Origin: Hyaloraphidium curvatum SAG 235-1
Taxonomy: Eukaryota > Fungi > Monoblepharomycota
Reading direction: 5' to 3'
DNA: 64,000 nt
Assembly (NCBI GenBank): GCA_025558095.1
Contig: JAIVFI010000042.1
Coordinates: forward strand, 310,001-374,000
In this document: positions 11,573-22,638 of the stretch, piece after piece
Numbering within the stretch: the first letter of the stretch is position 1
Layout of the letters: every line of letters starts with the position of its first letter
Made by a program: the position numbers and the translations under genes
The notes under the pieces: model-generated
The model's database searches: none
What the model saw: the letters and a program-made list of their open reading frames with translations, nothing else
What the model was told of the DNA's origin: nothing

Positions 11573-14500
11573 CACTCGCGGCCCAGTGCTTCCAGTCTGG
11601 TCTGCAGCTTCTGGCGCCGCTCTGCATTTGCTGAACAGTGAAACAGAAAGTGTTGTTCGTCTCCAATGTGCTCAGGGTCATGCTTGCACGTTCTCTGCTG
11701 CACCTCAAGTCCTTGGTGCCTGCCTGTCTCCACCTCCAGGTCGTGGGTAGAGCACAGCAACTTTTGGACATCCCTCCGGTGCTTCTCCACCCGGATCAAG
11801 GATGGTCCGATGTGGCCAAAGGTCATGTCACACATCCTCCAAAAGTGCAGTTTGTCGTTGTCCTTGAGCCTCTGGGCATTGATCTCCCTGAACTTGCCCT
11901 TCACAAGATTCTCCACAGTCTCCTTGGGCCATGAGACAGTGTCCTTCTCCCACATCTCCTTCCCATCTTCGCCACCATAGTATACAAGTAGTTCCCTCAG
12001 GAAGGCAGCCCAGTTCCAGGACCCCTTCAGTGCCTCGATCTTGAGCTCTTTGTAAAGTAGGTACAGCGCAGGATCCGCTGTTTTGATGCACATGAGGAAC
12101 TTGAGTGCCGACTCGTGGTCATGAACTGCAAGGGGGTACTGGCCAGTGATCGCATACAGACAGGCCAGGGAGGTAGACTTGGGCAGATGAGTGACGGCAC
12201 GAAGAGCCATGCATGTCACTTTGTCCCTGGTGCTTTCCCCGGCAAGGTACTCCTCCTTCGGCATCTCAACAATGAACGGGTTCCCATATTGGCCCACTGC
12301 CTTGACCTTTGTGTTGTAGAGCTTGAGCTGGAGGTCAGGACTCATCCCAGGCTGCTCCCTGAAGTCGCGGCGGAGCCAGAGCCCATAAGCAGCGTTCATC
12401 TTGGCCTCTCTGCCATGCACATGGTCCTTGCTCCGGCCGGTTGAGGTCAGCTGATACCCCAGAAGCTTGAAGCTGTCAACCCTCTTCAGCTCCTGGTCCC
12501 TGTACATGAGCTTTACACGGTGAGGTATCCTCCTGGCCATCCACTCTGTCTTGCTGACGTTGATCTCCAGCCCATTGGCACTGGCATATGCAGACAGAAG
12601 ATCCAGCTGCATCTTGGCATCCTTCACCGTCTTCGAGATCAAAGTGGTGTCGTCTGCAAAGAACAGAGCTAGCAAGCTGACCATCCTCTCCTGATCCTCT
12701 TCCTCCTCAGACACCATGCCCAGATCCATCCCTTTTGCACCATTGGCCTCCATGAAAGCAGTGATGTCGTTGATGAACAAGATGAAGAACAGCGACGAGA
12801 GAGGGTCCCCCTGCTTCACTCCGGTCAGGAACTTGATGAAGTCTGACTTGGTCCCGTCTTCATCCCGGAGCCGTCCCCACACGCGCCCGAACGCCATCTC
12901 GAACATGTCAACAACCTGTTTGGGTGCACCCATCTCCTCCAGTTTCTGCCATAACCTGGGGTGTTCCACCGTGTCAAAAGCCTTTGTGAAATCTACAAAG
13001 ACCATGATCAGCTTCTCCTTGCATGCCTTGGCCAGGGAGAAGAGTGCCTCGGCAAGGAACACTGCATGAAGGGTCGATCTCCGTGCACGGAATCCAAACT
13101 GCGAGCCTTCCAGCAGCTTGTTGCACTCAGCCCAGGGAGCTAGCCGAGCGTTCCAGACCAGGGAGAAGACCTTCTCCAGCGTCCTCTCTATGCTGATGCC
13201 TCGGTAGTTGCCAGCCACGTTCTTGGGCCCCTTCTTGTGCAGCATCACCAGCAGTGTCTGGCCCCAGTCATCCATCTTGACGCCATTGAGCACGTCGTTG
13301 AGGAGGTTGACAACAGCTTGCTTCAGTACTGCAGTCCCGTACTTGACGAACTCGAGCCGGATCCCATCCTCGTCCTTTGCCTTGCCGTTGGGGGCCTTCT
13401 TCAAGACCCTCTCCAGCTCCTTGAGGGTGATGGGGCGCAGCAGGTCTCCAGAAGGCGTGATCGTGGCCTTGGGAAGTGGTGGAAACGTGAGCCTTGGATC
13501 CTCCTCGATCTTGGTCACGTATTCGGCGCTGGCGACCATCTCCATGTGGCGCACCAGCTCTGCAAAGGGCACGGGGTTGCCCTTGCGCCTTGCGTGAGCC
13601 TTTCCAAGCAGCTGGTAGTACCCCTTAGGCTCTCGCCTGAAGAGTCGCTCTAGCAGCTTGGAGTTCTCTCGCTCAGCAACCCTCCGCATCCTCTTCTCCA
13701 ACTTCTTCCGCTCCTTCTCCAGCTCCCGCGTCTTCCCCTGGTACTCCTTCTTCCACTCGTCCTTCTCCATGAGGGATCGCAGCTCAAGAAGGCGTGACAG
13801 CTTCCGATCGATCTCGGCCCTCTCTGCCGAGTCCGCAAAGCCGTTGAGGAACTTGTCCGCCTCTTCGTGTACGCTGACCTTGTCGTACTTCTTCTTTGCG
13901 ACCTTGTTCACCGCTGCCATGATCTGGATGAGCCGGTTGCACTTGTCGGATCCAGCTTGAAGTTGCTCGTACTCTTGCATTGCCTCCTTGACCCAGGGCT
14001 CGTCGTAGAGGTTTCGCATTATTGCGAGGAAGTGGAAGTTGCACGGCACGGGCTTGCAGTGCGGCTTGTTCTCCTTCGCAGCTGGTCGCACGAGGTTGGC
14101 CTTGATGGTCAGGCTCAGGGCCATGTGGTCTGAGGTGACGACCCAGCCTTCCTTCACAAATGCAAGCTGGGTGACCGTCCCGTAGCGGCTCTGCGGCACG
14201 ATTGCGTAGTCCAAGGTGCTGTCCCGCTCGCCATCCTTTCCTGCGCGAGTTGTTGCCCCCGGCTCGAGGCGCCCATTCAGGATCACCAGCTCCTCCTCGT
14301 GGCACAGTGCAAGTAGCTGTTTCCCCCTCCGATCCGTGCGCTGCTCCGACCGGATTACACGCTTTCCGAAGCTCGTGCCACGCACGTCGCTGTTTGCCTC
14401 GCTTATCCCCACATATGCGTTCAGGTCCCCGATCACGATCGGCATGTCGCACCCAGCCACAATCCCTGAGAACCTCGACCACATCTCATCCTGCGTGACT

Positions 14501-14738
14501 ATGTCCTGCGTTGGCGTCGGCGGTATGTACGCCCCCAGCACGTTCACTCCGCCGACTTGGATCTGCACGACGTCCAGGATCGGGTCCGAGTCTGTCCGTA
14601 CGGTGTGCGGTAGCTCCTTTCGCACAAAGACCGTCAACCCTCCTCCACCATGCTCCGAGCAGCTCTTCTCATAAACCTCGAACGTTTCCAGTACCGCGGC
14701 AACCTCTGCGCGGATGTCGTTGTTGCTCATATGCTCCT
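8158..14738. repeat. Long inverted repeat: arms 8158-11323 and 11573-14738 (3166 bp each), 249-bp spacer
   Basis: Mirror-image ORF tracks; only three substitutions noticed by eye (near 8408, 8481, 10514). Confidence 0.95.
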
Positions 14739-14901
14739 CCCAAGTCCGCTTCTCGCCTTTGCCCGTCCACCTTGCTTCAGCGAAAACGACGATATCGTAC
14801 TCTACAATGTGTAGCAGCAGCTCACGTATAAAGAGGCTCTTCTCGAGCTTCCGCTCGACGTTTTGGTACAGTATCTTGAGGCATGTCCGAGTCTCGCTTT
14901 C
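11572..14901 (-). CDS. LINE ORF2 (APE-RT), open from the codon after the ORF1 stop; C-terminus cut by the insertion
   Basis: 14901-14731 translates ESETRTCLKILYQNVERK...YDIVVFAEARW...EEH, i.e. APE motifs I and II, in frame with the Met at 14730. Confidence 0.85.
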   Translation of the reverse strand, partial: ESETRTCLKILYQNVERKLEKSLFIRELLLHIVEYDIVVFAEARWTGKGEKRTWEEHMSNNDIRAEVAAVLETFEVYEKSCSEHGGGGLTVFVRKELPHTVRTDSDPILDVVQIQVGGVNVLGAYIPPTPTQDIVTQDEMWSRFSGIVAGCDMPIVIGDLNAYVGISEANSDVRGTSFGKRVIRSEQRTDRRGKQLLALCHEEELVILNGRLEPGATTRAGKDGERDSTLDYAIVPQSRYGTVTQLAFVKEGWVVTSDHMALSLTIKANLVRPAAKENKPHCKPVPCNFHFLAIMRNLYDEPWVKEAMQEYEQLQAGSDKCNRLIQIMAAVNKVAKKKYDKVSVHEEADKFLNGFADSAERAEIDRKLSRLLELRSLMEKDEWKKEYQGKTRELEKERKKLEKRMRRVAERENSKLLERLFRREPKGYYQLLGKAHARRKGNPVPFAELVRHMEMVASAEYVTKIEEDPRLTFPPLPKATITPSGDLLRPITLKELERVLKKAPNGKAKDEDGIRLEFVKYGTAVLKQAVVNLLNDVLNGVKMDDWGQTLLVMLHKKGPKNVAGNYRGISIERTLEKVFSLVWNARLAPWAECNKLLEGSQFGFRARRSTLHAVFLAEALFSLAKACKEKLIMVFVDFTKAFDTVEHPRLWQKLEEMGAPKQVVDMFEMAFGRVWGRLRDEDGTKSDFIKFLTGVKQGDPLSSLFFILFINDITAFMEANGAKGMDLGMVSEEEEDQERMVSLLALFFADDTTLISKTVKDAKMQLDLLSAYASANGLEINVSKTEWMARRIPHRVKLMYRDQELKRVDSFKLLGYQLTSTGRSKDHVHGREAKMNAAYGLWLRRDFREQPGMSPDLQLKLYNTKVKAVGQYGNPFIVEMPKEEYLAGESTRDKVTCMALRAVTHLPKSTSLACLYAITGQYPLAVHDHESALKFLMCIKTADPALYLLYKELKIEALKGSWNWAAFLRELLVYYGGEDGKEMWEKDTVSWPKETVENLVKGKFREINAQRLKDNDKLHFWRMCDMTFGHIGPSLIRVEKHRRDVQKLLCSTHDLEVETGRHQGLEVQQRTCKHDPEHIGDEQHFLFHCSANAERRQKLQTRLEALGRE

Positions 14902-16303
14902 CTAGCCGCGCGCAAGACGCTCTCCAGCGTTCGCGCGTGCATTCTGGCGCGTCTCCCAAAGCTCGCGCGACTTTGCTTCAATCTTTTCCATGGTGAGCGT
15001 CGTTTCCAGGCCTGTTTCCGGCGGCATGTAGACGATCTTCGGGCCGTCGCGGCAGAAGGGAATCCCATCCTTCTCCATCTGCTGGACCAGGTGGTACTGC
15101 GCAGTAGACCGGTTCTTCTGCATCCACGTCTTCTCGCGGCTCGCGTACGCAGCCAGGTGCTTCAGGGCTCCAGCCTCGTTGAGCCGAATGAGCGTCTCGC
15201 GGTCCTCCTCGGTCGAGAACGTGAGCTGGAGCTCAAAGGTGCGATTTCCCGTGAGGTACCACTTGTCCACCACGATCTCCTTGAGCGCATCGGTCCGCTG
15301 AACGAGCGCCTCACGGTCCTTGTGGTCGTGCGGCAGGTCGAGGGCGCAGCGCTTGAGGAGGTCACGGGCGCCTTCTCCGGTCTTCGCACTTTCGGGCGCC
15401 CGGCGGATCCTCCCTTTGCACGCGAGCGTCTCCTTTATGGCACGCTCTTGATCGCGCTCTTCGGGCGTTTGTGGTCCGACGGCCCAAGGGTCCGGCTCAG
15501 AGATAGGAGCGGCGGTAGTCGGCCTCCGCGGGCCCCTCTTCCGAGTTGTGGTCCACCCCGTTCCCGCGGGCGCTTCTTCGGCGAGCAGAAGCGCTTCCTC
15601 GATCTTTTTCGTCTCGATCGCGGCCCACTGCGTGTTATCGGCGTGAACCTTGGCCATGTCGGCGAGTGCCTTCATCGCGTCCAGCTTGCGGTCGAGGCGG
15701 ACCTCCGACTCGCGGTTGGCCTTCTCCAGCTCGCTTATCCGCGCTTCTTGCGCGCGAATCGTCGCCATCGCGTCTAGAAGCTGCGCACTCTGGGCTCCAA
15801 TGAGCGCTTCCTGAGCGTCCAGGCGAGACCGCATGTCGTGCATCCCGTCCGCGAGCTTCGCGATTTGATCCGCTCCTCCATTCTCGACGGGAGTGAGGCT
15901 CAGCCTTTGAACATAAGTGCGGACGGTCGGCCGCCGAGCGGAGCCGGGTAGTTGAGGGGAGATTCGGGGCGGTTGGTTGTTTGGCCCCGCAACCGCCGTC
16001 GTGTTGTCGACCCGAATCTCGGCACAACCGGCGGGTGTTGGCCCCGCTGTTGCCCGCGGTGGTCCGCCGATACGTTTGGTGGGTGGTATAGGGGGTTGCG
16101 AGGGTTCCCGGGGGGGCGGTGTGTCTGGCGCTGGGGTCTTCGCGCCAGACTCGCTCGCGGGGTCGCGCTGAGAAGCACGAGACCTCGCAGCGCCCAGAGG
16201 TTGCTCCAAGACTCTCAAGCGGCCCAATGAGCCGCTTTGGAGGTTCTGGAGCTCCCTCAGAGCCATGATCTTCGGGGGGTTGACTGGAGTATGGGAACTA
16301 TCT
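11573..16303 (-). mobile_element. LINE family A, near full-length copy (ORF1 + ORF2) interrupted near its 3' end
   Basis: ORF1 at 16266-14902; ORF2 frame at 14901-11572, nearly identical to the plus copy; short leader before the ORF1 ATG (5' boundary approximate). Confidence 0.93.
14902..16266 (-). CDS. LINE ORF1 protein (Pro-rich N-terminus, coiled coil)
   Basis: 454-aa ORF immediately upstream of and in frame with APE-RT; heptad-like segment LADGMHDMRSRLDAQEALI...RISELEKANRESEVRLDRKLDAM. Confidence 0.8.
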   Translation of the reverse strand: MALRELQNLQSGSLGRLRVLEQPLGAARSRASQRDPASESGAKTPAPDTPPPREPSQPPIPPTKRIGGPPRATAGPTPAGCAEIRVDNTTAVAGPNNQPPRISPQLPGSARRPTVRTYVQRLSLTPVENGGADQIAKLADGMHDMRSRLDAQEALIGAQSAQLLDAMATIRAQEARISELEKANRESEVRLDRKLDAMKALADMAKVHADNTQWAAIETKKIEEALLLAEEAPAGTGWTTTRKRGPRRPTTAAPISEPDPWAVGPQTPEERDQERAIKETLACKGRIRRAPESAKTGEGARDLLKRCALDLPHDHKDREALVQRTDALKEIVVDKWYLTGNRTFELQLTFSTEEDRETLIRLNEAGALKHLAAYASREKTWMQKNRSTAQYHLVQQMEKDGIPFCRDGPKIVYMPPETGLETTLTMEKIEAKSRELWETRQNARANAGERLARG

Positions 16304-16457
16304 CGCCCGTTGACGTGAGCTGGTACCCCAGAAGCTTGAAGCTGTCGACCCTCTTCAGCTCCTGGCCCCTGTTACACCATCAGTTTGCTGCTAATTTGAC
16401 GTTTGTCGTCGTGCATCTTTTTCATTTTCCCTGTTTTCTGTCCTTCATGGACTTTGA
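16304..16457 (-). mobile_element. Patchwork of two short LINE family A relics (RT/thumb piece and 3'-end piece)
   Basis: 16304-16371 matches the reverse complement of about 23941-24010; 16371-16457 matches the 3' end (tcaaagtccatgaagg...tggtgtaac). Confidence 0.85.
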
Positions 16458-17861
16458 TGTAGATGTAGATGTAGATGTAATGTGCAACTCAAGCCCTGCT
16501 ATACAGGCTTTGGCTCTTACACGATGTGTATCATTAGTATATTGCCATCGGATCGATGTTGTCCTCAGTAACGTCTCTCTGTTCATCCATCCCTCTCAAA
16601 GCAGGCATTGCACGTCTTGCCCTGAATGCCTTATGGATAAATGTGCCGGCAGCCTCCAAGATCCGTCTCCTCCGCCAGAAGGTCTCCTTCTCCTCGCAGA
16701 ATTTCACCTCTTCGTCGTTCTTCAACATCCATATGACCGTTTCCAGGTTCCAGCGTCGCCCAAGCTCTCTGGTCCGGGTTTATTTGAAGAATCTCCCGTT
16801 CGTCATCGTACGCAGAGCAGTGAAACAGAAGGTGCATCTCGTCCTCAATCTGATCCAAATGGTGGGGGCAAGTCCGCTCACAGAGTCTGATGCCTTGTTG
16901 TTGCTGCGTTTCCACGTTGAGCACGTGGGTGCTGGTGAGCAGTCGGTTCAAAGAGGTGCGCAGGTCGATGCGATCCATGAGCAGGGTCTCGCATAGTCCA
17001 AAACCCATCCCTGCAATCCTCCAGAACCGTAGTTTCCCGTTATCGACCACGCACCTGTGTAGCGCAAATCTCCCGAAATCGTCTCTTGATCGCGGTCTCG
17101 ATGTCCTCGGTTGACCAGAGCGACTTCCCCTCATCCCATGCTCGCGTTCCCTCCTCCTTGAAGTAGAATTCGAGTAAGCTGCTCCAGGCGCTGTAAACAG
17201 GAGCAGCGCGAGTCCCCGGTCGTCCTGTCTGTGGCAGCAGTTGATCATACAAGCGCACGACACAGTCTGCACGGTTGCGAATCGTGACTCAAACAGTGGC
17301 CCAGTACTGTAAGGCACGTAAGTGATCGAGTATCGTGATCGGGTATTCTCCGGATTTCGAGTATAACGCCGCAATGGAGGTCGATTTAGGAAGACTGCAT
17401 GCTGTGCGGATGGCTTTGCGGTGTACGAGGTCACGGGGTTCGTGTTCGATAGCTTTCCACAGGTCCACATCCGATTGGAGCCTCTTGTGGTGCAGTACGG
17501 GGTTGCCGTACTCGCCGACAGTTCGCACAAGTGATCCGTACATGTCCAGGGCCATATTCGGGGGCATCCCCACGTGGTCGCTGGTGATGCGTCGCCACAT
17601 CCCGTACGCAGTGTTCATCTTGTTGATGCGTCCAGCCAGGTGAGCAGCCGCGCCTCCCTCGGCCGTAAGATCGAAGCCTAGGAAGCGGAAGGTCTGTACC
17701 CGTTTGATAGGGGCTCCACGATACGTCAGGATAAGAGCCGCAACGTTGACCGTCATGAGCTCGGTTTTGTCGACGTTTACTGCAAGCTGATTGATGCTGG
17801 TGTAGTGAGAGAGTAGGTCCAGTTGTCTCTGTGCTGCATCCTGCGAGCGCGCGAGGAAGGT
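16458..17861 (-). mobile_element. LINE family B, 5'-truncated, frameshifted, with (TACATC)n tail
   Basis: FLARSQDAAQRQLDLL...NVDKTELM, KRVQTFRFLG, LPKSTSIAALY, KLRFWR, IEDEMHLLFHC are homologous to family A in protein but distinct in DNA; tgtagatgtagatgtagatgta tail at about 16458-16479. Confidence 0.88.
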
Positions 17862-20800
17862 TCAAAGACCCCTGGTCACAGGCGCCCAGAGACAGGTGCG
17901 GATGAGGCAGGTGGCGTTCCTGGTGTTTGTTGTGTTATTCCCCCTTCTCTAGAGCCTCCTCCTAGGTTATTGTCTAGGCAAGATCCACCCATCCATCCAA
18001 GTCCAACATCCAACTCCAAGACCAACTCCAACTCGATCCAACAGCTCCAAACACATCCATCCATCCCCAGCAACACTCCCCCATTTGGAGGCGAGTGGAT
18101 CGAGTGGAGTCCCCCACCACGTGCTCCTCCACGCCCCGGGATTGAGTTCCTCGGGCTGCCTAGGCCAGGCTCCCTGATGTTACATCACACATCACACATC
18201 ACCTCCCCCCAAGACCGGGCGATCCAATCGCCGTACAAAACTCCCCCAGAGACCGTACATGCAAAGAAAAATACAAGACACAATACAATCCAGAGTTACA
18301 CGTAGAAAGACTCCCCCAGAAGCCAAGGAACGGCTGCCCACTAGCCTCAGGCTCATCACGGGCAGAGATTCCCGGCAGGGTCCGGCTCGCAGAGAACGCT
18401 GGCCTCAGGCCCATCACATACTGGAAGCCGAACCCGAATCAAGATCCACAACACCAATGCGCGCACGGAAAATGTCAAAAGGGGCCGGAGCTAAAGGCTT
18501 GGTAAAGCCGTCCCCAAAGTTGTCGTCTGACACCACCCGCGCAGTCTCAATGGTTCCATTTTGCACGGTGTCGCGAACGAGGTGGTACTTGATATCGATG
18601 TGCTTCGTTCGCTCGTGGAACTTAGGATCACGAGCGAGCTGTTCAGCAGACTTGTTGTCCTCGAAAAGTCGCGTAGGTGTCGTCCGCGCAAAGCCGAGTT
18701 CCTGCAGGATGGAGCGCAGCCAGAGAATGTTGCGAACTGCATGCGCCATAGCAACATACTTGGCTTCCGTAGTAGACTGTGCAACGATGGATTGCCGTTT
18801 GGTCAGCCAGGCAATGCTGGAAGCACCCATGAGGATGACGAGACCCGTGGTCGACTTGCGGGTCATCACACAGCCAGCAAAATCGGCATCCGCATATGCA
18901 CAGAGATCCAAGCGATCACCAGATGCAGGACGACGACCAAGAACGAGTCCATAGGTGCGGGTGCGGCGCAGGTAGCGCAAAACATCTCGAAGCGCCTTGA
19001 TGTGAAGAGGCCCAAAGCTGTTGGCAAAGCGAGAAAGAAAGGTAACTGCAAAGGCAATGTCTGGCCGTGTTGTGATGGCAATCCAAAGTAGAGATCCAAT
19101 CAGGCCCTTGTAGTTGAAGCTTTTGACGTCGTCTTGGATCTTCGTTGGCAGGCTGTCAAATACCGTGGGGTCGAATGGGCGCAGCATCTGGAGTGCATCC
19201 GGGCGCATCGGCGTGAGAGCAGACTTTGTCTCCTTGCTGGGAACATCACGCGTGAATGCGAAGTCGCGGAGGACGCGGTCGATGTATGCCGTCTGCGACA
19301 ATGAGATTGTACCAGTGCCGGTGTCGCGACGGATGTGCACGCCCAAGCAGTAAGTGACAGGGCCAAGCGAGTTGATGTTGAAATGCTGCTTGAGACTGGC
19401 AAACAATTCATCGATCTCCAGCTGTGAGGTGGCGGCAACCAGCAAGTCGTCCACGTAGACAAAGACGATCATAATGCGGCCGGCCGCGAAGCGCACGTAG
19501 AGACAGCTCTCGGAGGCCAGCTTCACGAATCCAGCCTGGCGAAGCAAATGATCAAGCATTGCAAGGAACAAGCGCATCGTTTGCCGTAATCCATAGAGAC
19601 TCTTCAGCAGCCGAAGCACTGTGCGCGAGGAAGACTCCTTGAGAAACCGCCATCCCGGAGGCAGCCTGATGTAGACAATGTAGTCCAGCGGAGCATGCAG
19701 AAACGCCGTCTTGATGTCCCAGTGATCACAGAGGAGGCCCAGCGTGGAAACAAGAAGAAGGAAGAGGCGGAAAACGACTTGGTTAGGAACGGCAGCGAAC
19801 GTATCGTAGTATGTTTGCTCGGATTGGCGGTTTCCATCCGCCACCAAGCGTGCCTTGAAGCGCGTAACGTTGTTGTTCTGGTCCTTCTTGACGTCGTAGA
19901 CGTAGTGCGAGGGCACCACCTTGTCCTCGTCACCAGTGGGGAGTTCCGTCTCCTCGACTACACCCATCTCAAGAATCGACTTGTTCTCCTCCTGCCGCGC
20001 TTCCTCCCACTGAGCCGCATGCGGTGACCTCTGCGATTTGTTGTATGTGCGCGGAACGGTGACATCGTATGTGCGCGGAACGGTGACATCGTGCACTGAC
20101 AGCAGGGTCACTGGGCTCGTGTCTGGGTGAGGGGCGTTGGTACCTGGTATGCGCCACATCTCGAAGGCTGGGAAGCGGAAAGGAGGAGAGAATGTCAACG
20201 GGGTGGCAGTCGAAGACATGGCAAGGGGGTCCTGGAGACCGTCATCTGGCCAAGGGTGCTCAGCATGCCATCGCACCCCATCACCCGGCTCATCGCCATC
20301 ACCAGCATCCACTTCCTCCCGCTCCGCTTCCGGTGGGTACTCAATCTCTTCCTCAAGGAGCTCCCACTCGTACGCGTCGTTTGCCTCATGTCGCTGTGCA
20401 GATTCCTGGGGGCCCGTTCCCGCATCCTTGTGCTGTGTCCGCTGATCATCGTCGCACTGTCTTCATCCATCGCTGGATCCACCGGCTTGGAGAGCCGAGG
20501 GGGAAGTCGGGGATGCACAAGAGCAAAAGGTCGTTGCTTCCCCAGCTCGTCAATCTCGCGGAAGGAGCCGGGCGAGCGTTTAGAATAGCGCTCGTTGAAG
20601 ACAACCGATCGAGCATGAACTATCTGGCCTGTGGTCAGATCCAGAACCGTGTACGCCTTCAGATGCTTCGGGAAACCGAGAAAGATTGCACGGTGTGCAC
20701 GGTCGTCCAGAGCCTTGCGCTGGCTGGGGAGGATGAATGCCGTACCAGCACTCCGACCCGAACGTGCGGAGACGTGACAGGTCGGGTTTAGTCCCCGTCC

Positions 20801-22638
20801 ACAGCTCATGCGGCGTGGTAACCGTTCCGTTTGTGCCCCGTTGCATCGTCTTCACCGTTGGGAGCATGTTGCGGACCTCAGTCTTGTATGCGAGGGCGTA
20901 GTTCCAGAAACGCTTCTCGACGTCAGCCTGGATGCAGAGCGCAAGTACCCCCTCGACCTGGGAACGATGCTCGCGTTCAGGTACCGCGTTCTGTTGAGGC
21001 GTATCGGCTATGGAGACCCGGAAGTGAGTGCCTCGTTCACGTAACCAGGTCTGGAACCAGCCCAGCTCCCTTGCGTTCCACCGCCCGAGCTCGGTACCCT
21101 GGTCAGACTGGAGGTGCTTGAGGCGTTTCCCGGTCTGCGTCTCGGCCCACACGATGAGCTGCTGAAGGAGAGGTGCCGCTTTGTCCTTGGTCTTCAGGGG
21201 AATCGATTAAAGCTCCTGCGACCACTCGTCCTTGACATCCATCCAGTAGCGGTCGCCGTGCACGGAAGTGATATCGACCGGGCCCTTGAGGTCAACGTGC
21301 CAGAGATCCATAACATCCTTGACGTGCTCACGCATCGAGGGGCGGAATGGCGCTGTCGTCAGCTTCGTGCGCAGGCAGACGTCGCACTCGATAACCTCCG
21401 ACTCGGGGCCCAGATCGACGTTCTCAAGGCCAAGCACCGCGCCCGACCTCTGCGCTATCCGGATGCGCTCAATGTGAGCGTGCGCACACCGGGCATGCCA
21501 CAGGTGACGGTCGTAGAGACGTGACATGCGTACCCCGCGCAGTCGGATCAAATCCGCGTCGGTGAGTCCCCACATGGCCTGCGACGTTGACAACGGTTTG
21601 ACGACCTCGATTGTCATCGGGAAGACGCCGTTCTGCTGGGGAAGAATGCATAACTCCGTGCCGTCCACAAGGTATAGCAGTTTCTGCATCTGCTTGTCCG
21701 TCAGGTAGCGGTTCTTGGATCGAATGCCGGCGGCGGCCAGTGCCGTTTCTGAGAATAGGCGGCATGGTGTGCTCGGCATGAAGAGAACGTTGTCAAGCCG
21801 AACAACGGGTCCGCTCGTGCGAAAACGCACGTACATGGTGCCAGCCTGTGACACCTCCACGGGCCCCGTAAGTCCATGCACAACGAACTTGGGTATCGAG
21901 TAGACTTTGGTCAGGTCGCTTAGGGTATTGGTGGAGTTGCGACTCGCGCCAGAATCGAAGAAGGAATCGCAGTTGTTCGCTCGGACATGGTTAATGTACG
22001 CGCGAGCGTGTTGAGCTTGTACCATGCCGCCGTCGATGTCCTCCCCCGAAACGGCGTTGGCCGTCACGGTCGGCATCACAGCGGCCTCCCCGCCGCCACG
22101 TAGTTAGTAGTCGAAGCCGTCGCCGTAGGTCGCTCCCTCGCCAGGCTCGTGGTCGTAGCCGACATAGCTGAGATCGGCTCCCTCACTGTCACCATCCATC
22201 GAGCCATATCCCAGGAGGCCGAAGGCTGTCAGGCAACGCTGCGATGAAGATCGATCTGGGTGCGAGGCGGGTGAGTTACCTTCGGCAGCGGCGTCGCCTT
22301 ACCGAGATGAACAGAGAGGATACGAATCGAATCAAAATGAGATAGCGGGATAAGGAACGGAAAATCAAGTCAGTATCAGTCGCGGATGTTGTGAGATCCG
22401 AGGGGAGGTTTTCCGGGTTGAGGTGCGGTCAACCCGGGAAAACACAGCGACTCCCGTCCCAAACTCCGTCACGCGGCACACAGTCACGCGCCGGGCCCGC
22501 GGCCCCTCCTGGCGCGAGGCAACCGCCGACGTCGAGCACCACGGCCCCTTCGCGGGTTCCCTATGGTGACATGCTCTTAGACGTCAGACCACTTGGGCCA
22601 GAGACGTGGTACCTTCTCTTTAGTCCTGTGGTCTAACA
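17862..22638 (-). mobile_element. Decayed Ty1/copia LTR retrotransposon (gag mostly missing, pol frameshifted)
   Basis: Domain order PR (DSGAS), HHCC (WHARCAH...CDVC), IN (HVDLKGP, SDQGTE, TPQQNAVPER), RT (KARLVADG, LYGLRQ, YVDD), RNase H (DADFAG, DNKSA, TKHIDIKYH); PPT GGGGGAG followed by TGTTG at 18075; TGTTAG at 22638. Outer limits uncertain. Confidence 0.9.
18414..20312 (-). pseudogene. copia RT-RNase H segment of pol
   Basis: 632-aa open segment with copia RT and RNase H motifs; upstream integrase is split over several frames. Confidence 0.88.

Noticed and set aside
20043-20090. 24-bp tandem duplication (DVTVPRTY twice) in copia pol
   Set aside because: Simple in-frame slippage in a decayed element.
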